Positions 50,701 through 64,000 of a stretch of 64,000 nucleotides of DNA are shown piece by piece. Each line of letters starts with the position of its first letter. The stretch's first letter is position 1. The stretch comes from Haliotis rufescens (taxonomy: Eukaryota). The stretch spans positions 10,416,001 to 10,480,000 of the forward strand of contig NW_025964383.1 of assembly GCF_023055435.1 (NCBI RefSeq). The letters run 5' to 3'. Below the pieces are notes generated by a model. That model made no database searches, was not told the origin of the DNA, and worked only from the letters and a program-made list of their open reading frames with translations. The translations under genes were made by a program, and so were the position numbers.

Positions 50701-51920
50701 AACATTGATTCCTACATTGAATCCAACATTGAATCCTACATCGATGTCAACAGTGAATCCTACATCGATGCCAACATTGATTCCTATATTGGATCCTACA
50801 TCGATTCCTACATTTATTCCCCCATTCAATCCTACATTCAATCCTACATTGGATCCTACACTGTACATTGATTCCTACAATTATTCATACATTGAATCCT
50901 ACATTGATTCCTACATCGATGCCAACATTGATTCCTACATCGATGCCAACATTGATTCATACATGGATTCCTACAGTGGATTCTACATTGATTCCTACTT
51001 GGATGTCAACATTGATTTCCTCATTGATTCCCACATCCTTTCCAACACTGATTCCCTCATTGATTCCTACATTGGATCCTACATTGATTCCTACATTGAT
51101 TCCTACATTGATTCTTACATTGATTCCTACTTTGGATCTTACATTGATTCCTACATTAATTCCTACATTAATTCCTACATTGATTCCTACATTGATTCCC
51201 ACATTGATTCCTACATTGGATCCTACATTGATTCCTACATTGATTCCTACATTGATTCTTACATTGATTCCTACATTGGATCTTACATTGATTCCTACAT
51301 TAATTCCTACATTAATTCCTACATTGATTCCTACATTGATTCCTGCATTGATTCCTACATCGATGTCGACATTGATTCCTACATCGATGTCAACATTCAT
51401 TTCCTCATTGATTCCCACATCCTTTCCTACACTGATTCCCACATTGATTCCTACATTGGATCCTACATTGATTCCTACATTGGATCCTACATTGAATCCT
51501 ACATTGATTCCTACATTGATTGCTACATTGATTCCCACATTGATTCCTACATTGGATCCTACATTGATTCCTACATTGATTCCTACATTGATTCCCACAT
51601 TGATTCCTACATTGGATCCTACATTGATTCCTACATTGATTCCTACATTGATTGCTACATTGATTCTCACATTGATTCCTACATTGGATCCTACATTGAT
51701 TCCTACATTGATTCCCACATTGATTCCCACATTGATTCCTACATTGATTCCTACATTGATTGCTACATTGATTCCTACATTGATTCCCACATTGATTCCT
51801 ACATTGATTCCTACATTGATTCCTACATTGATTCCCACATTGATTCCTACATTGGATCCTACATTGATTCCTACATTGATTCCCACATTGATTCCTACAT
51901 TGGATCCTACATTGATTCCT
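50700..51920 (+). repeat. 12-bp minisatellite (attgattcctac)n
   Basis: About 100 units. Degenerate units also lie at 50145-50195 and 50360-50435, interrupted by SINEs. Confidence 0.97.
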
Positions 51921-52495
51921 AAAACTATGCCAAAATCGACTCCTTCAATCGATCGAAAGGGAGAGTTATTCTGAGCAACATCACTCGTAGATCTTTCAGT
52001 GATGTGTCATCAGTCAGGCAAAGAAAAACACAGATAGACCCCGCACTGCTAATGATACTACCAAAGATATTGCAACTTAATTGTCATACATGGAAGTAGC
52101 TGAAATAGCTGTCACACATATCCTTTATTTGCCATAACATATGATACACACTGACGTACGTTGTGTTGACAACAAAGAAACGATCTGCTGCGCATCACTG
52201 AAGATAATAGCAGGAGACCCATCACAAGGCATGGAGAAGAGTTCCTTGTATGATTATACAATGTTCCGTGATTAAAATTGTATATTTCCATAGTGTTCCT
52301 CACGCAACGTTGACGTCAGCGTCAATGAAGCATGGATCATTTACAATGTAGTATCGAGAATAGGTGTAACCTTTCATATAAACATCCCGCTCTGTTGGAA
52401 TAAAAACATCATTATAAGAGACAAAATGGAAAGGTTAACCTAAAAAATAAACTGTTACTAAGAATAGTTTTGTCGTAAGAAATGTTGTAGTTATT

Positions 52496-53455
52496 GGTTT
52501 ATTGGCAAACGTGGAGAAGTACAAGAACCTGGCTTCATTGGCAAACGGTTCCTCGGGAGGGAGAAAAAACAGGAACCTGACTTCATTGGCAAACGGTTCC
52601 GCAGGAGGGAGAAAGTACAATAATCTGGCTTCATTGGCAAACGGTTCCGCAGGAGGGCGAAAGTACAATAATCTGGCTTCATTGGCAAACGGTTCCGCAG
52701 GAGGGAGAAAGTACAATAATCTGGCTTCATTGGCAAACGGTTCCGCAGGAGGGAGAAAGTACAATAATCTGGCTTCATTGGCAAACGGTTCCGCAGGAGG
52801 GAGAAAGTACAATAATCTGGCTTCATTGGCAAACGGTTCCGCAGGAGGGAGAAAGTACAATAATCTGGCTTCATTGGCAAGCGTTTCCTCGGCAGAGAGA
52901 AAAAAACAGGAACCTGACTTCATTGGCAAACGGTTCCGCAGGAGGGAGAAAGTACAATAATCTGGCTTCATTGGCAAACGGTTCCACAGGAGGGAGAAAG
53001 TACAATAATCTGGCTTCATTGGCAAGCGTTTCCTCGGCAGAGAGAAAAAACAGGAACCTGACTTCATTGGCAAACGGTTCCGCAGGAAGGAGAAAGTACA
53101 ATAATCTGGCTTCATTGGCAAACGGTTCCGCAGGAGGGAGAAAGTACAATAATCTGGCTTCATTGGCAAACGGTTCCTCGGGACGGAGAAAGTACAATGA
53201 CCTGGCTTCATTGGCAAGCGTTTCCTCAGGAGGGAGAAAGTACAATGACCTGGCTTCATTGGCAAACGGTTCCTCGGGACGGAGAAAGTACAATGACCTG
53301 GCTTCATTGGCAAACGGTGCCTCGGGAGGGAGAAAGTAAAATAATCTGGCTTCATTGGCAAACGGTTCCTCGGGAGGGAGAAAGTAAAATCATCTGGCTT
53401 CATTTGCATACGGTTCCTCAGGAGGGAGAAAGTAAAAGAACCTGGCTTCAATGGC
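52496..53455 (+). repeat. 48-bp minisatellite (ctggcttcattggcaaacggttccgcaggagggagaaagtacaataat)n
   Basis: About 20 units. One + frame reads (P/S)GFIGKRFRRREKVQ*. Confidence 0.95.
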
Positions 53456-53925
53456 CCCGGGGTTCAAGCTTGTTAATTACCACGACCCTAAATGCGTTGG
53501 AACGTACATAGACAGGTCACACTCTCCAACACTCTATCATGATCAATCTCCTCTTGTAAATTGTTCTCTTGGCACTATGCCATGTGTAGTACACAGGCTT
53601 TGCCCACATATAACCATGCATCGCATGCACGTTGCATTCATGTAAACAGGTTAGTGTGTATCACTGACAGTTTAGGCTCAATTGGGGTAGGCTTGTTTGC
53701 GAAATTTTATGCCATGCTAAAGGGGAGAGAAAAAGTCGGTGTCACCGTCACTCACCATATAATATTCCCTACTACCAAGCCCTCACTGTAATGCAAAAGC
53801 CCTCAATGAAACCACAGATTGTCCACAGGTGGAGACATATCCAATCTCACAAGACCTCCTTTTCAATTTAAATGGAATTGAATGTCTCTGTCAAAATTAT
53901 ATAGTTTTAAAGATGAGGCGTTAGT

Positions 53926-54618
53926 CTATGAGTAAGGGGGTTGATGGGAGTGGATGGATCAGTGATCAATTAGCTGTGCAGAGTGAGTCCCTTAAGGGTG
54001 ACAGAAACAGTGGTTCAAGTCGCGGTACGCCGTCAACATGTTTCCAGTACAGCAGGCAATGCTGGTCGGTGTGACCACAGGGGCGCCCCCATGAAATACC
54101 TGCATCACTCAGGCTTTCCTCCCACATTAAGAGAGAATTTAGCGCAAAACCCCGTGGATTCCGGATTAGAATTGGTACCGAGCAAGGTGGTAAATGGTTC
54201 GCGTGGTCAGGCTCGGTGACTTGGCTGACTGTTTGGATCGCCGTTGCTAAAAAAAACGATCACTGGGTTTCCAGATTTGATTATTTATTTATGTTCGTAA
54301 AGTTCATTTCGGCCATTTTCTGGGGTAATGTTATTTTTTTCAAATCTTGCTTAATGTTTTATGGTGAGGTTAAGGGACGTTCTTGCCAAGACCATGCACT
54401 TTGCATCAAAAGCTATCTATGAGTAAGGTTGAGGGAAGTGGATGGATCAGTGATCAATTAGCTGTGCAGAGTGAGTCCCTTAAGGGTGCCAGAAACAGTG
54501 GTTCAAGTCGCGGTTCGCCGTCAACATGTTTCCAGTACAGCAGGCCATGCTGGTCGGTGTGACCAAAGGGGCGCCCCCATGTAATACCTGCATCACTCAG
54601 GCTTTCCTCCCACATTAA
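53926..54618 (+). repeat. ~200-bp direct repeat (about 53926-54130 and 54417-54618)
   Basis: ctatgagtaagg...ctttcctcccacattaa occurs twice. The end matches the 3' part of the tRNA-Leu-like SINE family. Confidence 0.85.
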
Positions 54619-54964
54619 ACTCTACCCATGATACAACTGAAGTAATGTTCAAGGCGGCGACAAAACTCACTCTCTCACTATTCGAATCTGTAAACGTAAA
54701 TTGCTCTTCCTGATCATGAAGTTTGGACCATGAATGTTCATGTGATGAATGTTGATGTATCACCAAATCACCAGCGTGTAATAGTAGTACAAAATCCATT
54801 CCTAAGGCAAGTACATCGTCATGCGGTCAAACTACGGTAGAAGATACAGTAAACTAGCTTTATAACGAACACACTTGTAACAAACTGACGGATATAACCA
54901 ACTCTTTTTGGTTTTGTTTGGTCCCATCCAGTTGCTGTATATATGCTGTAAATATGCTTATAGG

Positions 54965-55227
54965 GTTTGTTTGTTTGCTTGTTGTTTAAAGTCGCACTCA
55001 GCAATATTCCAGCGATATGACGGCGGTCTGTAAATAATCGAGTCTGGACCAGACAACCCAGTGATTGACATCATGAGCATCGATCCACGCAATTGGGATT
55101 TGATGACATGCATCAACCATGTCAGCGAGCCTGACCACCCGATCCCATTCGTCGCCTTTTACGACAAGCATAGTTGCCTTTTACGACAAGCGTGGGTTGC
55201 TGAAGACCTATTCTACCCCGGGTCTTC
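54965..55227 (-). mobile_element. SINE-like family 2 (degenerate + strand copy at 57672-57900)
   Basis: Matches the family 2 consensus, with a (aaac)n tail. Confidence 0.85.
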
Positions 55228-57979
55228 AAGGTTTTGCTTATAAGGAACTACAAAACGGCTCAACATCACCATTCTCTGAGCAGTGTTATCCACAGTGTCG
55301 ATATTAAACCATTTTGCATATATCAATATATCAATACATATTCTAGCTGTGACATCTGGTTATCGACGTTTCCATGTGCATAGTTATTTCCACTTCCAAT
55401 TAGTCTCGTTAGGTTTTCAAGAGAATCCGACAACATGCTATGAAACTTAATCCACGTTCTCCTATTAACATGTCGCTTTCCCCGGGCATTTACGTTTTAT
55501 TGCAAGGCATCGAGTGTATACATGGAACAGCATGTAGTGTTCCGTGTTCAAACGTAGCATGACATGCATGAGCACCACAGCAAGGACTAAGGATAGAACA
55601 TAATGCATCGCAATTGAGAGCTAATTGCTTTCATGTATTTTTGATAGAGCTAGAAGTGCAAGGGTAAAAACACACCAAGGTCATAAACGCATCTTTTATC
55701 GGGATCTACACACAACGGCGTTATAAAATATGTATGGATATACCGGATTAAGTCTATCATTATATCTCAGTCTGATAAAGTATACTATCTAAACTATTGT
55801 GTTTCAGAGCATGTGCAAATATTCTTGATAGTAATCTGAACTCGTATTTGTTTCAGGATCTCTGGATCTTACTGATTATAATCTCGTGTCTAGCTTTAAG
55901 ACAATACGAATGTTCTTGATATAAATCTAATCATTCATTTTTCAGAATATATTTTAATCTATTTGATTATTATCAAAAGTCTCAGGTTGCAGAATATATT
56001 CGAATCTTCTTGATAACTTTCATACGTTATTTCTTATATGCCTTAACATACTGTAATCTCTGTTTTGTATTATATTTTTAGCTCTGGTTTCACTCAACTC
56101 GTGACGTAATTGTTAAGGTTTCGTAAAAACAAGGGTCAAATTGTCAACATATTTCGTGATCGTTATTAATTCATAAATATATATGGCACAATACCAAAGT
56201 CGGAAAACTAACACCTTAAAAGCCTGTTTTCAAAGATTTGCAACAGATGGCGCTGATGTCCATTAGTGTTGGATTGTAATGGATCGTGGATCATGTTGAC
56301 GCAGTGTTCTTGTAATCGTCTCCCAACATCAAAATGAACCAGGAGACTAGCAATGAACTTTGATATTTCTTTGCCGCTACAACGGAAATTAACGTAGGAT
56401 CTAGATTGAATTTTCTCGTTCTGTAATGTTTTTTCGAAAAATCGATTACTCATAACAAAAGTGCTAAAAAGAGACGTCAGAATTTGAGAAATAAGGTATA
56501 AAGTGTTGTAGAGTTTGGTAGCAGAAAATCCTACCCTTGGTGGTAATGCTGCATAACGACTTCTTGCCTATGGTCAAAGCTAAAGCAGTTGTCTGCATTG
56601 ACTGAAGAGTTCCATGGACGTACAATCAGATATATATCCACGGCAGCTGGTCGTGGAGGCTGATTGATGCCCAATGGGGAAGGTCGGGTTGCATCCGTAT
56701 AATTACTGTTGATTGAACTCAGTGGACGAGCTCTGCAGAAACATCTGACACTCTCGCGTACTGAAATGTTATAGGCTCGAGTTGCTAAGTACATATAATT
56801 GCAAAAGATGTTGTTTTCGGGCATGTTACATGAGATTTGCTAGTGGTATGAGTTAACCTGTAGAAAGTGTCCCCAGCACACTGTGAGACCTAGTAAGATG
56901 CTAATAGGTCAGGAACCAGTGGGATTTCGGGTTAAGATTAAGATTATTTGTACACGTTTGCGAGGCCACATGACCAAAGGAAAATTTTATTTTTACAAAA
57001 AAACACTTGAGTGTTCTTGTATATGGTCAAACCACAAAATCATGTTTGTTTTGGTATGCCTTCATACATTTGTGTATAGAGTACGTGCATACAGTTATGT
57101 GTAAGACATATCTCTATAATGCAATGTTTCTGAAAATTGAACTGGAACTCAACATAAAGATTTTTTTTATCAGTATATAAGAATGTCTAACAATATATAC
57201 GATATCGAGTGAATGGCATTGTGACTATAATTGCAGTGGTTATGATAGGACCCTAGACACATATGCTGGTCATTTAAGAGGCCATGTAATGGATTGGTGG
57301 TCAGACGAGGTGACTCAGTTGATGACGTGACAGCGTTCTCAGATGGTTGAAGGGTTGCTCACAATATCAGGTCCATACTCGACAGCTGACCTCGGCCGTA
57401 TAACACAATGCTGGCTCTGGCGCTGGGTATCTTACTTAAGCTTCAAAATATACATACATGAAAAGTTAATTGTAATTGATGATGTGACATCATTTTGGCA
57501 AGGCATCCATACCTGACAGATAGTAATTTTTTGGTCATATCTTCATCCTAAAGAAATGACGTATAGCTGTTGACAACAGATAATAAAGCAGCAAATTGAA
57601 TTACACATTCATATCAGCGTAAACTCAACACTCCCTGATTCAACTAATCACTATTTTCTACGCGTTCCATCGCCGTGAAGATCTGGGTTATAATTGATCT
57701 ACATCAACCAATGTTCGCTGTAACAGGCGACCAACGATATCGGGTGGTCAGGCTCGCTGACTCGGTTGATGCACGTATCGTAACTGCGTAGCTCGATGGT
57801 CATTATTTCAGTTACTGCATTGTCTGGTCCAGACTGGAATATTTGCAGACAGACGTCATATAGCTGGAATTTTAAGGAGAGCGGCGTGAAACAACAAACA
57901 ATGAAAAAAACATGCTCCATCAAGTCTTTAATGTGTATGAACCCAGAAACCATGTGTCAATAGTTTGCTTGTTCAACAC

Positions 57980-59595
57980 ATCCCCATCCAATATCCCACA
58001 TCCAATATCCCATATTCCTCATCCAATATACCATATTCCTCATCCAATATCCCATATTCATCATCCAATATCCCACATTCCACATCCAATATCCCATATT
58101 CCTCATCCAATATCCCTCATCCCACATCCAATATCCCATATTCCTCATCCAATATCCCATATTCCTCATCCAGTATCCCATATTCCTCATCCAATATCCC
58201 TAATCCCACATCCAATATCCCATATTCCTCATCCAATATCCCTAATCCCACATCCAATATCCCATATTCCTCATCCAGTATCCCATATTCTTCATCTAAT
58301 ATCCCTAATCCCACATCCAATATCCCATATTCCTCATCCAATATCCCTAATCCCACATCCAATATCCCATATTCCTCATCCAATATCCCATATTCCTCAT
58401 CCAGTATCCCATATTCTTCATCTAAATCCCTAATCCCACATCCAATATCCCATATTCCTCATCCAATATCCCTAATCCCACATCCAATATCCCATATTCC
58501 TCATCCAGTATCCAATATTCTTCATCTAATATCCCTAATCCCACATCCAATATCCCATATTCCTCATCCAATATCCCTTATCCCACATCCATTATCCCAT
58601 ATTCCTCATCCAGTATCCCATATTCTTCATCTAATATCCCTAATCCCACATCCAATATCCCATATTCCTCATCCAATATCCCTAATCCAACATCCAATAT
58701 CCCATATTCCTCATCCAATATCCCATATTCCTCATCCAGTATCCCATATTCTTCATCTAATATCCCTAATCCCACATCCAATATCCCATATTCCTCATCC
58801 AATATCCCTAATCCAACATCCAATATCCCATATTCCTCATCCAATATCCCATATTCCTCATCCAGTATCCCATATTCTTCATCAAATATTCCTAATCCCA
58901 CATCCAATATCCCATATTCCTCATCCAATATCCCTAATCCAACATCCAATATCCCATATTCCTCATCCAATATCCCATATTCCTCATCCAATATCCCATA
59001 TTCTTCATCTAATATCCCTAATCCCACATCCAATATCCCATATTCCTCATCCAATATCCCATATTCCTCATCCAATATATCATATTCCTCATCCAGTATC
59101 CCATATTCTTCATCTAATATCCCTACTCCCACATCCAATACCCCATATACCTCATCCAATATCCCATATTCCTCATCCAATATCCCATATTCCTCATCCA
59201 ATATCCCTAATCCCACATCCAATATCCCATATTCCACATCCAATATCCCTAATCCCACATCCAATATCCCATATTCCACATCCAATATCCCATATTCCTC
59301 ATCCAATATCCCTAATCCCACTTCCAATATCCCATATTCCTCATCCAATATCCCATATTCCACATCCAATATCCCATATTCCTCATCCAATATCCCATAT
59401 TCCACATCCAATATCCCACATTCCTCATCCAATTCCCTCATCTCACATCCAATATCCCATATTCCACATCCAATATCCCATATTCCTCATCCAATATCCC
59501 ATATTCCTCATCCAATATCCCTAATCCCACATCCGATATCCCATATTCCACATCCAATATCCCATATTCCACATCCAATATCTCATATTCCCCAT
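57980..59595 (+). repeat. 21-bp minisatellite (catccaatatcccatattcct)n with ccctaatccca variants
   Basis: About 75 units with higher-order variant patterning. Confidence 0.97.
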
Positions 59596-59764
59596 CCTGC
59601 CCACAACGAACCGTCGCTACAATGTATGTAATATCATCCTTTGACATTTAGTCTTTCTTAAGTTACTTCCGTTCTTCGTCTGATATATACTACACAAAAT
59701 AGGTTAAGGATCACCCGATTCTTTCACACTGCTATAGTAACATCTGTCATACCATGCCTCATCA

Positions 59765-59915
59765 GGGTAGCCAAGGGTAAAACAATCGCTCGTCTCGCTG
59801 AAGACCCGGGTTTTATATCCCACATGGGTAAAATGTGTGAAGCCCATGTCTGGGGTCTGCCCCTGTGATCGTGCTGGAATATCATTAAAAGAGGTATAAA
59901 ATCCAGTTCAATCAC
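59765..59915 (+). mobile_element. SINE family 1, degenerate
   Basis: gaagacccgggt..cacatgggtaaaatgtgtgaagcccat. Confidence 0.7.
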
Positions 59916-59940
59916 TCTAATCAGGACATATCTTTTTATC

Positions 59941-60035
59941 ATGAATACATGACACTTTTTATGGATAGGAACTTCTTTTAATCTTTGTCACGACGTTTCA
60001 GAGCTACTTCTTGCTCCTATATCAGGCGATGGAGT
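59941..60035 (-). mobile_element. Penelope-like element terminal fragment with a degenerate hammerhead-like core
   Basis: Minus strand reads cCTGAtatag-gagc-aagaagta-gctc-tGAAAcgtcg followed by an attaaa signal. It is homologous to 1200-1262 and 31068-31130. Confidence 0.4.
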
Positions 60036-61658
60036 TCTCCCAGCTTCTAAATGCCTCTTAAGAACTATATATATTCACTGAAATTATGATGAAAGTGCAT
60101 TTTGCTATAAGCGGGACAGTCGGGTTTAATTTTTACAAAACTTGCAATAATATCTGCGTTACCACGATGAGCCATCACTGTTGGTAAAATACGCGCCGAA
60201 CGAAACCTGACGACTGTTATGCATCTGGTTGAAAGTTGCTTTACCTCGCAATAAACTAATCGATCTAAATCAAGTCTCCGTGCACTGAAGATCCAGAATA
60301 CGGTTAATTAATTGCTAGTTTCTAGATTTGTATGATTCTGACTATTGAACTAGTGTAATTGTCTCAGTCTAATCTGGATGATTGCAGCACCCCAGATATA
60401 GCTCCATAAGCCGAGCTGACATTAAGATGGCGTAACGTAATAGTGCATCTCCATCTCGCCTTCCTGGGATCCTCAGGTGATGAACAGATTTCTTACAACT
60501 CTGTCATTTTCAATAAACTAATAGTGCCGCAGAGACAGGATGACTTTTCGTGATGTAATAACCATTCGATTACTGGCATGAGTTTTTTGCTTAAGTCTTT
60601 TTCTTTTTCTTATGACACAACTGTCGCCAATAGCAATGTCGCCTTGCTTTCGTTTCGTTTGTTTGCTTAATACTTCAAAGGAAAGCTTCTTCTTTGTTAA
60701 AACCATAGTCACGTTTTATTCTTTTCGTTCGGATTATATTGTTGTATCTCTTATGCCAGATAAATAGAAGTAGTGACGTCACGTTTGGTTAGCGAATGAT
60801 GTTTTGCGTCGCAGTCAGCAATGTTCCAGCTGTTTCTCAACGGCCTCGAGTCTAATCCGGACAAGCCCGTGATTGACGTGGAGGATGCTGCTCAGCTACC
60901 CAGATCGCAAGTCGGAACTACCCAATTCTTATTTCCGTTGGTACCCACGACAAGCATTGAATTTTGTAGAACATTATGTCTTTGACACATCGCAGGGGAG
61001 AGTCGTGTTTGTCGTGAATGATGCACGGTGATCTATTACATGGCCCTGAGGTGTGGGGTATAAACAGATTTGAAAAGACTAAAATTGTCCGTTTAATTGC
61101 TTGAAAGAAATTTATTAACGCTGGTCCCCTAATGTAATTGTATGTGCAGAATGTGGCGGATATACGTTATATATGAATTAATGCACTGTGCCATTATTGG
61201 CTTATACATAACGAAATGCACAACGATAGAATGTCTACGAAAGCCTATGATATGCCTATAAGTGCAGTAATCCTGGACGCTACGTTAAATCCCATTTCAC
61301 CTCAACTCACCTGTGCATTTGCAGCACGCACTGTATTGTTTTCACAAGGACTTGGATTTGTATTGATCGTTCATTGTGTTAAAAATAAATTTGCTTTTCT
61401 TAGACTGTATTAAAAAGTTGCAATTGATATGTGTCATCAATCATGGAATAATATTATAGAACATATTTCAAGATATGATTTAAAGCCTTATCGAATCTGA
61501 GAAGTGCCTCGGCCGTTTAACAAATAAGAAAACAACATAATGTGTTGATGAACACTGAGAACGGGGTTGTTAGGCCTGAAAGTTAACGAAGGCAGATGAT
61601 GGGGGATTGATTAAAGTTTACGTATATGTCCTCTTTTTGATCTAGGGATATAAGATGA

Positions 61659-61825
61659 GTGAGTGAGTGAATATGGTTTTACGCCGCTCTTAGCAATATT
61701 CCAGCAATATCACGGCGGAGGACACCAGACGTGGGCTTCACACATTGCACCCATGTCGGGAATCGAACCCGGGTCTTCAGCGTGACGAGCGAACGCTTTA
61801 ACCACTAGGCTACCCGACCGCCCGA
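61659..61825 (-). mobile_element. Full-length SINE family 1 with TSD atataagatga
   Basis: Consensus body and an 11-bp direct repeat on both sides. Confidence 0.92.
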
Positions 61826-62237
61826 ATATAAGATGAAGATATAAGATTAATATGTAATTCCTATAAGAACATAGGACACCTCTGTCTGCCCCAAATTTAT
61901 AGCCATTATCCTAATATGTATAAATTTAGAACGCTTCTGTCTTCGAACGATGTAAGGTTACTAAGCACTAATGGAAATATCTATGTCAAAGTTATGAAAT
62001 GGGACACAAGAACACTATGATAAAAGTTTCTTATGAATTCATGTACCAATGTAATATTTATATACGCACTTTATCTGTATATGCTTCAGTGGCCTTCAAG
62101 CGAATACAAAACTTGATTTGATCAGACCAGTAAAGGAGTTCATGTTTAAGGGAACAAGCAAACAAGTGATAGAATTTCGAAAAACGATCCGAACCGTTGG
62201 GTACGATGACACGTCATAAACCAAGTCATCGTGATTG

Positions 62238-62512
62238 AGTGAGTGAGTTGGGTTTAACGCCGCCTTTAACAGTATTCCAGTTATAATCGCGGCGTGTCAG
62301 CTTAATGTGGGAGGAAAACCCGAAGTCAGGTCTTAGACGTTAACCACTTCGGTGAAACCCACGAGCACGGGTATGGTGCTGACAAACCTAGAAACAAAAT
62401 CGCGGCGAACCGGGATTCGAACCCACAATCATAGGTTTCTCGCGTGCCGATGGAGGGCAACTCTGCACAGCGAATCGCGGCGCCTTAGGCGACTGGGCCA
62501 CCCGTGCCTCCT
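62238..62512 (-). mobile_element. tRNA(Leu-like)-headed SINE family 3; copies at 22748-23030 and 49530-49765, fragments at 7785-7870 and 36705-36790
   Basis: Minus strand reads gggtggcccagtcgcctaaggcgc...gtgggttcgaatcccgg (A and B boxes with a long spacer), with an (actc)n tail. Confidence 0.75.
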
Positions 62513-62933
62513 CATCGTGCTTGACCACTTGATGTATTACGACCAGCATGCACTGTATGTTGATTAGGATGCATCCCAACCAGAAGTCCCCTCGGGGTTA
62601 TATAAACTGCATAAACGGACGAAAGAAAGAATTCACTCGAAAACTGGATTTGACCAAAAACGTAATTATCAAAACGTTACTAGGCTAAAAACGGTCACCG
62701 AAACACTGCAAACTTTAGGTCCAAACAACAACTATGAGACCCGTATAAAAAACATAGCTTTCGAATAACCATTTCATGCTTGTTTCATTATTAGGCACCA
62801 TCAAATCCGGGTGTATATTTTCTTTTCCCAGCAGTTTAGATGTGCTGTAGCATCCCTACTACACATTAATGCACCTTGTATACAATATATATATATATAT
62901 TGGTGCATACAAGATACGTTTATGATAGAACCA

Positions 62934-63086
62934 GGAGCCTAGTGGTGAAAGCGTTCGCTCGTCACGCCGAAGACCCGGGTTCGATTCCCGACAAGGGTAC
63001 AATGTGGGAAGCCCATTTCTGGTGTCCCCCGCCGTGATATTGCTGGAATATTGCTAAAAGCGGCGTAAAATCCTACTCACTCACTT
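62934..63086 (+). mobile_element. SINE family 1 with TSD atagaacc
   Basis: Consensus body and tail. Confidence 0.9.
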
Positions 63087-63591
63087 ATAGAACCCACGAT
63101 AAACGTGTACAAGCTTTAAGGCGACCCGATATGTCCTCGTCTGTGGCTAGTACAAAATAGATGTATACCGTCCTCCTCTGCACGGTGACTCAGTCTGACA
63201 CTGAATCCTTTTAACATAAATGTGATCCATCTAACTTAACCCGATGTATTTCAGTATGATTAGTAATATGAACTACAGCACGGTGCAGTGTGGGGGAGAA
63301 GGTCGTCAGTGAAGTAGTGATGTTGTAGCCACGACCTGGACACAGACATTAAATGGCAGTCAGTCATTGCAGTCACACGCAGAACACCAAAATATTAAGT
63401 TCAGGAATTCAGCGCGTTGGGAACCGAAAATCAGGAGATGGTTTATAGTGAGTGAGTGAGTATGCTTTTACGCCGCATATTCCAGCAATATCACGGCGGG
63501 GGACAGATGGGGTGTAGAACTCAACAGATGGTGCACAGACAATCAGCAGATTTAATTTGGAAATCGACTGGTTGAGTAGAGAAACCAAGTG

Positions 63592-63755
63592 GTTGAGTGA
63601 GTATGGTTTTACGCCGCTTTTAGCAATATTCCAGTAATATCACGGCGGGGTACACCAGAAATGGGCTCCACACATTGTACCCATGTCGGGAATCGAACCC
63701 GGGTCTTCGGCGTGACGAGCGAACGCTTTCACCACTAGGCTATCCGACCACCCCT
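63592..63755 (-). mobile_element. SINE family 1 with TSD gaaaccaagtg (partial copy also at 63448-63503)
   Basis: 11-bp direct repeat at 63581-63591 and 63756-63766. Confidence 0.92.
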
Positions 63756-64000
63756 GAAACCAAGTGATGGAGCACATTAATCAACACAGATCAAGAGAAT
63801 ATGTATATAAATCAACAGATGGTGCTCAGACAATCAACATACTTAACTCGGAAATCAACTGGTTGAGTATAGAAATCAATAAAATCAATGTAGTGAGTGT
63901 AGACAATCAAGAATATGGGGCACAGAAAAAACACATGGAGCGCAGTAATGTCGGGTAATGACATATGAGACACACATTACAGTCATCAAATGAGACACAC

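Noticed and set aside
55300-57650. Possible exons in unique sequence (ORFs 56208-56453, 56531-56824)
   Set aside because: No recognisable domain, codon bias or consistent splice chain was found. A gene cannot be excluded without RNA data.

Overview
This is eukaryotic, intron-rich and repeat-rich DNA. It is probably from a mollusc; the SINE repertoire resembles abalone (Haliotis), which is an inference. The first 46 kb hold a minus-strand cluster of five TRIM-type E3 ligase genes (RING, two B-boxes, coiled coil, linker, B30.2/SPRY-like domain) in the order A1-B1-C-A2-B2. A ~16-17 kb block containing genes A and B is duplicated (about 391-17750 versus 30103-45968) on either side of the divergent gene C. 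I reconstructed phase-consistent exon chains for all five genes. Four features stand out. (1) A and B have very divergent N-terminal modules but near-identical SPRY exons, with block-specific shared variants suggesting gene conversion. (2) In A1 a 557-bp piece of the B 3' end is inserted twice, swapping its C-terminal tail. (3) Gene C is intact across five exons, but its RING has three Cys codons hit, including a TGA at codon 13. (4) A 48-bp array at 52.5-53.4 kb reads as PxFIamide-GKR neuropeptide-like units interrupted by stops. The rest is SINEs of at least four families, a Tc1/IS630-type transposase relic, a probable Gypsy gag relic, minisatellites and four assembly gaps.
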